A stretch of 64,000 bases of DNA from Takakia lepidozioides (lineage: Eukaryota; Plantae; Bryophyta): the NCBI GenBank assembly GCA_030704615.1, contig CM060732.1, forward strand, positions 27,466,001-27,530,000, in the 5' to 3' direction. This document shows, one piece after another, positions 47,253 through 59,759 of the stretch. How positions within the stretch are numbered: position 1 is the first letter of the stretch; each line of letters begins with the position of its first letter. The notes beneath the pieces were generated by a model. That model saw only the letters and a program-made list of their open reading frames with translations, had not been told where the DNA came from and searched no databases. The position numbers were made by a program, and so were the translations under genes.

Positions 47253-49200
47253 CTACACAACTCCATCCGAGAACCACCAAGAAGAGGAAGAAGAAGGCAA
47301 ATTTACCATCTCTCCCAGACGATCCCCCTTCGTAAGGTACATGCTGTTCACACAATTCCATGTCTTCAAGACTCTCATGCCCGAGGCTTTCAAATAGCTG
47401 GCAAGTGCACGGCGACAGCGAACGTCGGTGGACTGTATGAGCACCAAAACACTTGCAACGGACAGGAAAAAATTGCAAAAGGAGAAAACCCACCGCCAGT
47501 AGCGCTCATCAAAAGCATTCCAACCCGGACAAGCACCCGATGGAGGGACATCCGGGACTGCCAACCCATCAGGGATGTCCAAGATTATGAGTTCGGCTGC
47601 ATATTGCTTCTCCTTCCCGTTCACCCAGGATTTGGTCATTTTAGCCTGCAAACAAAATTACAATGGAATACTCAAGAGGATTGAAACGATCCATGCCCAC
47701 AGCAGAGAAGAAGCAAAAGAGAACACGCACCATGCCGAGGAACTCCACAATCTTCTCCCACACTGGTGATGGCTCGCCCTTGTAATCAGATTTCTTGGAC
47801 TCCATCATGGCAAGGAATCCGACATTGGCCATCTCCAACCTGGTAGGGCGAATGACCCTCGTGGGATATTCCACTGCATGGTACGGGTCCTTGGGATCAA
47901 CCACCCCCTTGTTCTTTCTCACGGATCCCCTACCATGCGGTGGAGTCTGCTGGACATGCACCACTGGGCCAATATCTGCAACACTTCCCTGCCCTTGTGC
48001 CACCTTCCCTCTACCCCTTCCTTTCCCCACAACACCAGCAACATCTTTTCCCTTTGCCTTTCTACCTCTACCCGGGGTATCCCGAGTGGGAGGCTCCTTC
48101 TCTGCAAGAGTCCTCAAATTTCGTTCATGAATGTCGAGGTCGGCTACTGCGGCAGTGGCTGCAATACGCTCATTCTCTCTCCTCAAAGACACCTCCGGAG
48201 CTGGGGTCTCAGAAGGAGGGCAATCCAAATACCAACCACAAGAAGAAAGATGGTCTGGGCCCCAGTCATGCAAGATCCTAGTAGTAAACATGGTCTAGTT
48301 GCCAGCAGGGACAAGCCAAAGGTCCACGAAATCTGGATGTTTGTCTAAGCAATTCTCTTCCATGAGAACAAACTTTATGTACCTGCAGGAACAGAGACAG
48401 CCTCATTATGCAATGCAATTATTGTCTCTCAGCTTTTCCATCACACCAGGAAGACCCCCTTAAACTGTATGCGTCACAGTACATTGCAACCACAGCACAC
48501 TAAGTAGCCTGAACGGCCCAGGGTGTGCACCTGTAAAGGCATCGTTTCCAGGCTTCCTCTGTCATGTGTTCGACTGATGCCACCCTCCTTGCTGAACTCT
48601 CTAAAGAAACAAGAGTACCACACTGTGGCTCTCCATTTCCTCATGTATGCTTCGAAGGAGACCTTCGGTGCTGTCATAGTGATGCCATAGTCAGCCAGCT
48701 GAGTATGCAGAACCGACCGTGCCATTTCTTCCAACTGCAAAACAATTCAAATGCAAGAATGAACCCAAAAACAATCACAGCGAATGTGAGAGGCAATGGA
48801 AAGAGAAGGACATGAAAAGAGAAAGTGACACAGGAAAGGACATCACACCTGGCTCCAGTAAGTGGCCTTGTGAAGCCATGTGTCCAGCACATTGTCACTG
48901 ACAGGAATGACACGCTGGGTCTTCTTTTCTTTCTCCGGCCTAGGGAACATGTGGGTATCCCTAATTGTGGGATCGGAGTTCCATATCTGTAGCCACTTCA
49001 CCTTCTGTTCTGAAGACACAACGGCGGTAGACAACCTGTGCAACTTCTCCTGGGCCATCTCTGGCTTGCCTGGCTTGTTATAATGGTTTTTTATCTCCAG
49101 GAGAAACTGCGATCCGAATGATGGGTCGGCAATTCTCAACTGCTTCACAAAAGCACTCATTATAGTCTTTCTTGTAGCGGTCATCTCTTTCTGGATGTGA
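47253..49200 (-). pseudogene. Multi-exon or frameshifted gene remnant ending in an amino-methyltransferase-like domain
   Basis: AELIILDIPDG...PGWN...WVFSFCNFFL...VLVLI resembles the DLIxxDPPY strand, following helix and strand of beta-class N6A/N4C methyltransferases. Upstream ORFs 49200-48843, 48740-48474 and 48291-47641 are collinear. Confidence 0.4.
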
Positions 49201-49207
49201 GCCCCCC

Positions 49208-49303
49208 GCTCAGCACGTGAGCTCATCAGTGGGAAAGAAAAGGAATGAGATACAAACCCCACCCCCTGCTTATATACTACTAGGAGTGAACTGCCTCGTG
49301 TGG
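49208..49303 (-). mobile_element. 96-bp PLE-C fragment (TATA plus the 5' part of the hammerhead)
   Basis: Matches 3928-4021 and the reverse complement of 41855-41952. Lacks the AAACTAGTC half of the ribozyme. Confidence 0.85.
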
Positions 49304-51211
49304 TCTGATTTCGCAGTTAATTTCCAGTTCAAAGAGTGTAGCCGATGTACCATGTTATGCTCCCTTCTATTTAATTTCTTTAAATTCCAGTTCCCTGTCC
49401 ACGTTGAATTGGGCGCCGTTATGTAAAATTGAATTTGTTAAGTCTTGTATGTTTATGAATGATGCTATATAATATTTTATATACATAAGAAAGGAATTCA
49501 TAAATATTTTTAATTATTTTCTTGACAAAGAATTATTAAACTCAATAATTCATTGTAGTGGATTAGGTTACAGACATCAAGCGTTTCCTACGAATGGCTC
49601 AAAATTCAGATGCATTTTCACTACCACCCGCCACGTTGCAGCGTGGTTTTCAGTTCATATTTGTACGATGCCTAAGTCTCTAGTTGATTTTGTCGCCGGG
49701 GTGTGTAGAAGAATTCCACAAATTAATATGAGAGCCTCTAACTGTCCAGAAAGTTGGAGGACCATGAATCAGAATGTCACATGCAAAGGATGTTGCACCG
49801 GTCCCACGAGCAATTGAAATCTTGAAGAAGTTGTTTCTTTTCAGAATATCTAATCTAATAGATGCAAAACACACATCCCTCGTTTTATCTCCTTTGACAA
49901 ACATATAAACAAAAATCATGTGCAAAGCTATTGTGGTCGGCGGATCTTTTATGGGATTGGACACGCTTACAACAGCTTTTCCATAAGTGCTAGAGAGCTG
50001 TGACATGTCCAGACAATACGAGAACTCCAGGGCATCAATCAGATGCAACTCCATCCAAACGGGACAAAGGTCGAGTTACTCAAATTAAAAAGATAGAGGA
50101 AAAAATTAACCTAAACAGGGCCATAATGTAACATTAATTGAAGAAGATTTTTTTAATTGAACTGCATGTCATTCCTAGCCATGTGATATAGGTAGACCCT
50201 GCCCATTCATTTACTTTTGGGTTTTAGTACTTCCATGTGCAAATAAACATTATTTTTGGGATTTGCATTGCTTTGTGTAGTCTAGTGGAGGAGACAATAG
50301 CTCCATGAAGAGAAAGCACACAATATTTACAAGTGACATGTTGTCATTTGCAATATATATACATATATTTTTTTTTGTGACGTTGCTTGTTTGTATAAGT
50401 ACTTCATCTTGGTTATATGATATACTTATTATAAATGACCTACATAATATTGGGGGGTACATGTGTCATGTACATTGTAGAAATGAAAATTAAATTGTTA
50501 AATATTATATGTATTTATAAATGATGCTATATAATCTTTTTATATTTCGTTTGTCACATCCTTGTGATTTTTTATTGAGAACATTGCCTTGCATGTCTAG
50601 CAATACAAAACATTCTAAGTTTTATGAACACAATATTTCAAACATTTATAAGTATTTAAGTAAAAAAATGCATTGACTATATATCTATACATCATCTCTA
50701 AATCATGCAACCTATGTATAGGTCACTTAGGAGTATTTTTGAGTTCATGCAATACACATAAATGATCAATATAATAATAGAAGGTGCATGTTAGAACTTA
50801 GAATGAATATTAAATTATAAAATCGAATATGCATATTAAAATGATATTTGCTATTCATTTTTTCAATTTGATCTCCCAAATCTATGTGTTTTAAAACAAC
50901 TTATGCATGACAATGAAAAATATTTGGGACTCTGTACACATAAATGATCAATATAATAATAGAAGGTACATGTAAGAATGAACAGGGAATTATGATATTT
51001 TATATGCATTTATGAAGGAGTCATGCAGTTCTGTCGAGAGGTTGCGAGTTATCTATTCTAGGAAATTTTAGGGGAGAGTTCTTGAGCAATGCAAGCATTT
51101 CTATGGGGCGGTAGATGTGCCTTGGACTTCTCATCATTGCCAAATCTATGTGTGCCCTGTGTTGAAAGGTGTTGGATTAGCTTTTGAAATAAATTACACT
51201 TGCAATTGTGA

Positions 51212-51331
51212 AGCTGTTAGGGCCCAGATGCGCCACAAGTGGCAGGAAAGTAGGCGCAAATCAGCTGCCAAAGAAGAAGTCAATGTGACCCGATGGAGAC
51301 AACTAAAACAGAACTTGGAGTCTAAGCAAGA
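51212..51331 (+). pseudogene. PRIM1: Inverted downstream exon of the DNA primase small-subunit pseudogene
   Basis: AVRAQMRHKWQESRRKSAAKEEVNVTRWRQLKQNL|GTAG resembles the plant primase segment ELRGKWQ..RRSS..EDINVVRWEQLK, but lies on the opposite strand to the other exons. Confidence 0.6.
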
Positions 51332-51869
51332 GGTAGACTTCCCATTTCACATCTGAGTTGGATGTGTCTGAGTCAAGCTACTTTCCCTTAAAGCAATGTG
51401 CACAGAGACTAGTTCAGGCGTCCAAAATCTTCTTGCATGAGGGGGGTGTCTCATGAAACACAATTTGAATTATGCTCTTGGACAATGTTGGGTGTATAGC
51501 AGGGGCCAGCCTTGAGACGATGTGTGGAGGAGATTGTGTTTTTCTTTACCTACCCCATACTGGACTTGGAGGTATATTCTTAAAGGCTGTTGGTATTAAC
51601 AAAAGAACACTCCAGTGTGTATTCATCTTATATCCTGGCTCCTGGTGTAATGTACAGGCCCCAATTTTGAATTGCTAAAATGAACAAATGATGGACTACC
51701 TTTGAACATCTTTCCAGAAGGGGTCAAGAAAACTTCTTGCCCTTCCATGCTGCTGCTTCAGTCCAAGCAAAGAAATTCGTCTGTAGTGAGCAAGGTTGAA
51801 GTGACTGGTCGTACATATTCTGAAAATTTCTGCACTTAACAATCATGGTTCTCTCCCGTGAAGTTTTCT

Positions 51870-54438
51870 TCACAAATTTGAAATCTATACTACAATTGCT
51901 GATATGACCACAGTTTCTAGACCTGTTCAGAGAATGGGGTGGGATCCACCCAAAGCAAGCCCCCCACCGACAGCCCAACATTTCCAATCACAGAGATAAC
52001 CCATTAGGTGTGTACTACGAGGACCCTGCTCACCAACAAGTCTATGAGAAATTCTTCCATATAGCTATGCATCATGTGCAACCCTGACCACAAATGACAG
52101 CCAAGACAACGGTGACTAAAAGAAGTTGAGTAGACACCTGCTTTATCTTGGATGACAAACCCAAAAATGGACACCACGTCAACCCCTATAAACCCATAGT
52201 ACGTGCTCAAATCCAAAGTCCTCTGCGAGAACAAATGAACAAAAGTATATTGAAGCCATTCATGATATGTGCAGCCATGAGAAGCTTAGTTGCAGCTTCA
52301 AGACACAATGGCTTAAGGAGAAGTGTGCTATTTGGAATCTCTAGAGGGCCAGGAACAAGTTTCACTGTGAAACTTTTAATCACATGCATGCCTCAGACAC
52401 AATTACAAGCTCAACCATAATCATCCCGTATCAGAACCTCCAAAAAACTATGTGTATGGGGAAAATGACCGTTCCTCGTCGGATAAGTCAATGCGCCAGA
52501 GCACAATCTATTATAAGACCTTGTGGGATCTTGACGAAGTAAACTAAGAGGGGAAAAAATATTAGACCTCTGAAAGCAGTATCCATAACTTTGATGGCAA
52601 TTGTCATGAGAGGCCAACATTGCAGACATACATCTGCCCCGCTTCAACAATGGCGAATGTCATCATAGTCTGTCATATCCTGCCAGAATTACGACCCCTT
52701 CAGCACAGCTTTAAGACAGCATGCCCTCTCAGACACGCAGCTTCATTCTTCTGCTTTATTTTATTGAAAGGGCGGGGCATCCCCCTAATTGGGGTTGCAT
52801 CACAAAGCCGATGTCCTGAATTTGTGCTTTAATTTTTTCTATCATATTTTGTCCCATGGGCTCTCTCGCTCTCATGGGCCAAGGCAAACAATGTCTTATG
52901 AGTACATTCTCTCTCATGGGCAATAGTTTTAGTCTTTTCATATGCTTTTTTGGTTGATATATTTGTGTCACATGCACATAAAACTTTCAGATCAGGGCCA
53001 GAAGCTCACAATGTCAAAAACAAACTCCTTCTCCATAGGAGAGAAGACTCGGTCTACTCCCAGGCTTGAATTATGCTGTCCTCTTAGCAGGCTGCAGCAC
53101 CACTACATTCAATCGGTATGTAGCCATAAACTGAGATGTAGTGAAGAGACAAATCATCATCCTCGCTGCTCCATGTCTGTAACGTAGACTTAAAAACCCA
53201 AGTTTACACCAAACAAATGACTTCATTTGTCCACTGGCTGTTCATCTTGTAAAAGTTATTCACTCCAGGAAAAACAACAGATGCATAAATTCAATGAAAG
53301 AATCAGGTAACCTTAAGTGGACTGCTATGTTCATGGTTTCCCACAACTGAAGTAGCTATTGCTCAGTGATGGCTCCCCAAATACTACAGACTTGACGTAA
53401 GAATCCTACATCAATATTGTAAACAACCCCTATGTCAATCTTGTGAGGGCACTTGTCCCTTATAGCCACCTTCATCCCAGCAGCATTGTGGAAGGACAAG
53501 TAATGCACATAGACGTCATGCTCCAAGGTGAGCTTAAGCTTCCTCCTCCCGAAAAAGGAGAGGTCGCACCCTGGATGCTTTCCATCTGTAGACCCCACAC
53601 ATGCAAAATTGCAGCCCCTTCTCTCCTGAGGACAAGCCATCTCAAATCATTGCTTCAAGTGTAAACGGTTGCTAAAAGTCACAGCTCATAGTTAGAGCAG
53701 CAAAGAAGTGAAAGTGCGACTTGTAACAGCTACAGTTCCCTTACTAAAGTCATCCGCTCCACTTCAAATTCCTACAGGTCTTCGTATATGTTAAAAAAAA
53801 AACTTTGCTAAGTCCAAGGAAAGCTCAAAGAGCTCAAATACAAAAGAAAGCAGGGTACAAGACAGAATGCTGAACAAGGAGTCCAAACGCAGCTACTCTA
53901 AGGTGGTAAACAAACAAGGAGAGATGACGAACTCCCGAGTCATTGACAAAGACCACATTGTTTGGGAATTTACCTTGTCCATATGACAACCACTTGTGTA
54001 TCTCTGCGTAAGGAAACAACCTTCTTGGTAGCACATCAAACACGTGAGCTCAATCTACGGGCGTGGAATGCGAAGGTACGAAAACAAACGATTTGCATCA
54101 ACATCAACAATAATGTTTGAATGAGGTGGCAAAGAGACCTAGCAGCTCAAAATGGCAGACCGGGCAAATCAGACGCATTGTGCGTGTACACGCGCTGAAT
54201 TCATGTGGAGTCTACCGATAAGATTATGACCAGACAAACCAATATGGGAGAAGACATAAACCAGGTCCTGCAATTCACACTGTCAGGCCATCCAAGACTT
54301 ACCATAATAAAGCCGCACATAGTCAGGGCTAAATCCTTCACACAGCTGGCGGGTTTCTGTAGTGTCTTTATTCGCATCTTCGTTCTCGTCAAACTCCGCG
54401 CGGTCCTCATCGATGGGCTCCGGGGGTTGTTCTCCCAT
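51870..54438 (-). pseudogene. PRIM1: DNA primase small subunit (PRIM1/POLA3-type) pseudogene with introns
   Basis: Exons: 54438-54303 (...GFSPDYVRLYYG), 54024-53974 (RLFPYAEIHKWLSYG), 53585-53410 (DGKHPGCD...CPHKIDIG), 53091-53010 (PAKR...EKEFVFDI), 52679-52568 (DMTDYDDIRHC*SGADVC), 52222-52138 (DFGFEHVLWVYRG*RGVH). Several stops and a broken acceptor. Confidence 0.9.
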
Positions 54439-54440
54439 GC

Positions 54441-54863
54441 TTAGGGTTTGGGGTGGTCAACAAAGGCTTGCAAAGGTAACAAAAAGTAGAAAAAATACTG
54501 GAAAAAGACACAGTAAATTTTAAGGGGGACCAGTTCGGACCCAAATACAAATGCAATGGAAACCAAGACAAATGCATACAAAGTGCGCCTATCGTGCCTA
54601 AAGGGATGCTATAAGACTATTATGTCTTATGCAAGGACTCCCGCCCTCACGAGATAAGGTTCTCTAATTGAAGAATGAGGCACTTTCGCTCCAACCGTAA
54701 GCTTTTTTATGTTTGCTTCTCCTTGTTTAGCGACAAAAAAAATTGCTCACTATGGGCAAGCATGCGCTCAAGGCACTCACAAACATAGGGTCAAGTCTCA
54801 CCCCCTAGTTGGAAAACTTATATGCCCCACCTTAAAAAAGAAGTTCGTACCTCTAAGGAAGAA
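54441..54863 (-). mobile_element. 3'-terminal copy of PLE-A attached to TTAGGGTTTGGGG
   Basis: Reverse complement of ~40254-40660. Confidence 0.9.
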
Positions 54864-54867
54864 GATG

Positions 54868-56195
54868 TTAGCTATTTCATGAGCATGAGCGGCATGAGCG
54901 TAGTAGCAAGACAATATGAGCATAAGTACAAATTCTTCCGCTCATGCGAATTCCGAGCGACATCTGCAAAAATGGCGCCGAATTTCGCGGTAATAGGTTC
55001 CGCAATCGGAGAAATTTACGACGTATTTCGACATCTATTTCGACATCTATTTCGACATCAACCTCTTCAGGTAAATGTAATACAAATGCTTGCACGGATA
55101 ATACTTTGAACCCTTCTTTGCTTCCATCACGAGAAGTCCGTACAATTGCAAGTCGGCTCCACTCCAATTGTAATTGTGTATACATCGTCGCGTACAGCTG
55201 AGCCCGCCGTTGCCATCCGATAAACACGTCCAAGGCCGGGTGGGGGTACGTCCACGGAGCTCTGAATAGTGCAAGCCATCCCAAGAGCATTGGCAATCCG
55301 AGTCTCATTCAACTTGTTGGGAAGGTGTCGTCTTTTCACTCTTCCGAATCGCATTGTGGGATGTGCAGAATTGTCCAATCCGTCTCTACTGGACCGAGCA
55401 GTCTGCAATGGCTGGGTCTGAGGAACTGGAAATGTGTGGCCGGGACGTCTTTGCGTTGCACCATTCGAAATCTTGCTGCAGAAAGAGCATCCGCCTCATT
55501 CTGAAAGAGATTGCAACCCGGTGCAACATGCCAGACGCCCGGAGGCTCTGGTATTCCCTGAATCTCGTACTTGGGCTTGTCAAATACACAGGTCATTATG
55601 TCGTGCTTACAGAACCAAAACGTCCGCGTTGTTGCGTGAGCAAATGTGAGAGTAAAAAATCTACCACTGAAACAAGGTGCAGGTACAACACCGTGTGGGT
55701 TCCTCCGAATCATCTCACCACAACGTGCTCTCATATCCACCTGGATGGCGCAGCACTTCCCACGAAATGTTGGCAATGTCCTTGCAATTCTCCACTGTGA
55801 CTCCGACACTCTTGTCTCTACAATGGGTATGTTGTACTGCGTTACAATAGATGGCTCGTTATGTTCCCCGGACATGTGCCATGTGCTCAAAGGAGATGAC
55901 GATCTTGAATGTGCAGGACTTGCGGTGCTCGACGAGACCTCCTCGGGCAATATCACGGGACCACGAGGGAGCGTTCGAATATTCTTGTCAGCTCGCCATG
56001 AATCCTCTTCTCCGTCAGATGCCTCATCAAGTCTTCGTCTTACTGGAGGGGTGTGAACATCTCCTTCCAAGTGTTGGCCTCTTCGAAGCAATGGCATGTC
56101 CCGAAGGCCCCTATCGCAAGGCTGCCGCCCACTTCCGAGGATTCTTCGATCTGGAGGCAGTCCGCATCAGCATTTCTTGCCTGTCCGGCCCCAAG
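54868..56195 (-). mobile_element. SWIM zinc-finger gene remnant next to a CATGAGC-type terminus
   Basis: DVYTITIGVEPTCNCTDF...YPCKHLYYIY (CxC...CxH) split across frames. Cys/His-rich ORF 55336-56097 upstream. Ends at GCTATTTCATGAGC repeats. Confidence 0.6.
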
Positions 56196-56213
56196 TTTAG
56201 GGTTTAGGGTTTA
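56196..56213 (+). repeat. Interstitial telomeric tract
   Basis: TTTAGGGTTTAGGGTTTAG at the boundary between the GC-balanced SWIM segment and unrelated AT-richer DNA. Confidence 0.8.
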
Positions 56214-57442
56214 GAGAAGTGCAAAGGAAGGAAACTAAAGAACAACATTATTTTGATACTTTGACTTCGAAAGTGGAGTTTCTCCAGCAATCTTGATTGA
56301 ACTGTGTGTTGGTTTTTTCTTGCCTATGCAGTCTTCATCCTGTCAACGAGGTTTCCTGTATTTACTGATTGCAATCCACATGGCCAAGTACTTGTTAGTA
56401 GAAAGTCAACCTCACACTCTCAAAGACTCGCCTGAATTTGATATTTTTTCGATTCAATTTTTTTTTGAACTGGATATGTGTGCTTATATGGAACGTCCAG
56501 GGTATCTACTAGGGCTCTTGCATCCTGTATCTTACTCAGCTCGATGACTCCAGGAACGGCTACCATCCCTTATCAACCGTTTAGGCATTTTTGCGCCTAA
56601 TATGAACATTGCTCTTAGAAGTCGTCACTAGTAGAAAAATGGGAAGCAACACGTAGTTCTGGGACTAACAATGAACCTAACAACCAACATTTAGCGCAAT
56701 GGTAAAGGCAAATCACATGTTAGATGTCGCAAATGTGATTACCTTCCCATGATCAAAAGGCAATAGCCATTCGGAGTTAAGTAGCACCATAAGACTTTAA
56801 GTGATCTAGTTGTTTCGCCATGGCATTCACATTATTAATAATGAATTGAACATCTAGCTAGTGGAAGTCCAATGTCATGGATACTCGTTGAAGACTAATA
56901 AGGTTAAAGGCCTAGAACTTGAATGTTGAGCTAGTGGTACAAAGTACTGCTACAAAGCTACTGATATGCTCTTGTTAACTTGAAAACTTATGCATAATTA
57001 AAGAGGGGGCCAAAGAAAAGAGAGCAAAGGTACTGGATGTGCCAAAAATGAAATAGAGATGGTCAGCCAGTGGTCAATCTGAGATATCTAATACGATTTG
57101 TGCCAGTACTCATTTGCAGACAAGGGAAAAATTGAATAACCTTTAAGTAATGAAAATTTCTGACGACAACTTTGTAAAGCTGGAGTGTATTACTTTTTGG
57201 GGATTTTCTATTCTATCAGCTATCAGCCATCAGTCATCAACCTCAATGTGACGTGGATGCGGAAACGGCGGCTACGTGGCAATATAATATTTTTCTCGGG
57301 CTGCCCGTAATTGTATGCTTGGATTTGTGAGAAACAATAATGAAAAATGACACGGGATTGTACTGACACGCCACCTTTGGCTGTCGAAGGTGGAGGCTGA
57401 GCGGGAGAACATAAAGGTAAAAACGAAATAAACGGATGTCGG

Positions 57443-57477
<35 letters not shown>
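57443..57477. repeat. Poly(A) run of 35 nt
   Basis: Direct count. Confidence 0.95.
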
Positions 57478-57479
<2 letters not shown>

Positions 57480-59759
57480 CAATATGATATATGGACTTCT
57501 AACGTGGAAGAATTTTGCATGTTTTTTAGCCATTTTAATCTCTAGCTTGGATTATCGTATGCTATGGAAATGTCCAGGGATGCTGGTGAAAAATATATAT
57601 ATTTGTTGGACCTAAGTTGAACGAAGGTGGCTCTTCTGTCCTTGTACAAGGTATTTTTTGCTTTTTGGAATGTGATCTTATTATCAATTTCAAACTCTAA
57701 AATTTAATTTTTTCCGGGCAGGTTCATTGGGCAGATTGAAATGTTCTTGTTCACCTTCGTTGACCTTCGTCACTGATGGAATTGCGTTGGTAACTGACAG
57801 AATATGAGCTCTCTTACTTTCGGGTTTCCATTGAGGGTGAGCCTAACGCCCTGGCCCTATCAAGATGTTATTGCTAGGCAACAACAGAAGATCATGGATT
57901 ACAATAAAATGACTAATCATGAGGCTCTCTTTGCACTCGACCTCTTGATCCATAGACTTCAGATTTTAAGAAGTGTGCAACGAGGGACATAACAGGGATC
58001 CAATAAGGGTTGATACATGGTTTACAGATGTAGCCACCAGCTAAAATGATGATTGTGGCATAACTTTCTAGGATTGTATGGTATGAAGGATGGTTGGACA
58101 ATGATGTACGTTGTAGCACAATGCTTAGGTGCAAGACATCAACTTTATTGAGGGTTACCTACATAAGCATGCATTTCTATGGACTACAATGTTGCTTTCA
58201 CATAGATCTTAGTTTAATCATTCTGATTGAAAGTCTTTGCACCTTGATGAGACCATCACAGTTGTATAAGTTATTTATAATTAGAGAGGTAAAAATATAG
58301 TAATTTGATCCAGGTTCATGATTTGAATATCCATAGAAGTGTCTTTTGGAAAGCTTGAAATATAAACTATAGCTAGATTTGGGATCAATAAACATTTCAA
58401 TTATATGTGCTCAAGAAGGCTATTGTGCCAATAGTCTTGTCTCGCTACATATTGCGATAATCATCACAGGCGCGCCCATAGGAGAGCCTCATGTGTGAGG
58501 GGCCCGGGAGGTGGGTGCGCAAGGCCATTGCCGGACCAGGAGTGTTGGGTAGCGGGGCCCAAGGCTCCGAATACACAGTCCCGGGGGTGCGGGCTGGCGT
58601 AAGAAGAAAGCTCAAGGGGGCATGTAAGTGGGCTAGAGTAGTATGAGTGGGTAAGCTGGAATGTAGAGATGAGGAATTTGAGGATGTCGAAGGGTATAGT
58701 GCTATGGGTATATGCTTGAGCTAGTTTATCAGGGGTGTGGGGTTTTTTCGTGGGGGTATCGCGTAAGTATCAGTCAACAAGTCAGCAGACCTCACTGGCG
58801 AAGTCTTGTTTTGGGGGCTGTAACAGGATGGTGTCAGTTGAGGAAGCGTCATATCTATTCCAGAGCCAGGCGGCCTAACATTAGAGATAGGGCCAGTGAA
58901 GTGACCATTCAGTGTATAGATATGGGATGTCAGACACCTAGGCCATATAATGGGGGAGATTTGGTTAATATCTTTGTCGGGGTTGCATTCAGAGATATGT
59001 ATATGGGTGAATGCAGGGTTGACTGGACCAAAATGGACGTTACCAACACAGTTTTAGATGACTACAACTGATTGTGTCATCAATTGAATTTGAATTACTC
59101 ATTAAAACCAGAAAAAATATATGTCAGTGGATTCCTAGCTTCAATACGCACCCATAGCAACTCTCCAATCATGAATCCAATAAGAAATGACTCCGCTATG
59201 GACTTTTGAACACCGTCATTGTGGACTATTACCGCAATGAATGGAATTACAATGGACTCAAGTTCTCATATGTACCATTGGTGAATTCCACTGAAATTTG
59301 GATATAAGGTGGCCATTTTGGTCCACATCATAGGTGTGGTTTGAAGTGGCAAAATCATTTGTCATTTGACTCATATGGACTAATATATGTAAAAAACAAT
59401 AGACGTTTTTTGAAAAGTCCATAGCTCATCTTGTTTTTTGGATTTTGGGAGTCATTTTTTTTCTAGAGGTATAAAAACCTATAATCTTCAATGGCTAGGT
59501 GGCATATTGAATTTTTTTTGTAAACTCTAATTTTTAGTTTTTCATAATTTATCTAAATAAAAGACTAAAATATTTAATAAATTATATCTTTAATATTTGG
59601 GATAGGACTCTTTACTAAATATCTTCAGTATACCATTATCTATCACTAAAAAAATATTTTGGATAGTATCCTCAACTTTTGTTTTTTTGGTCATGGACTT
59701 TCATGGAACAGGATCTGCCGTATTTGGTCCACTCAACCTTGCAACTGCCCATATGAATA

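Noticed and set aside
50100-51000. AT-rich segment as organellar insertion or Helitron
   Set aside because: No organellar gene or Helitron terminus recognised. Only a ~33-bp direct repeat (about 50754 and 50935).
57950-58300. Degenerate hAT transposase fragment
   Set aside because: Only faint, multi-frame resemblance; not supportable by eye.
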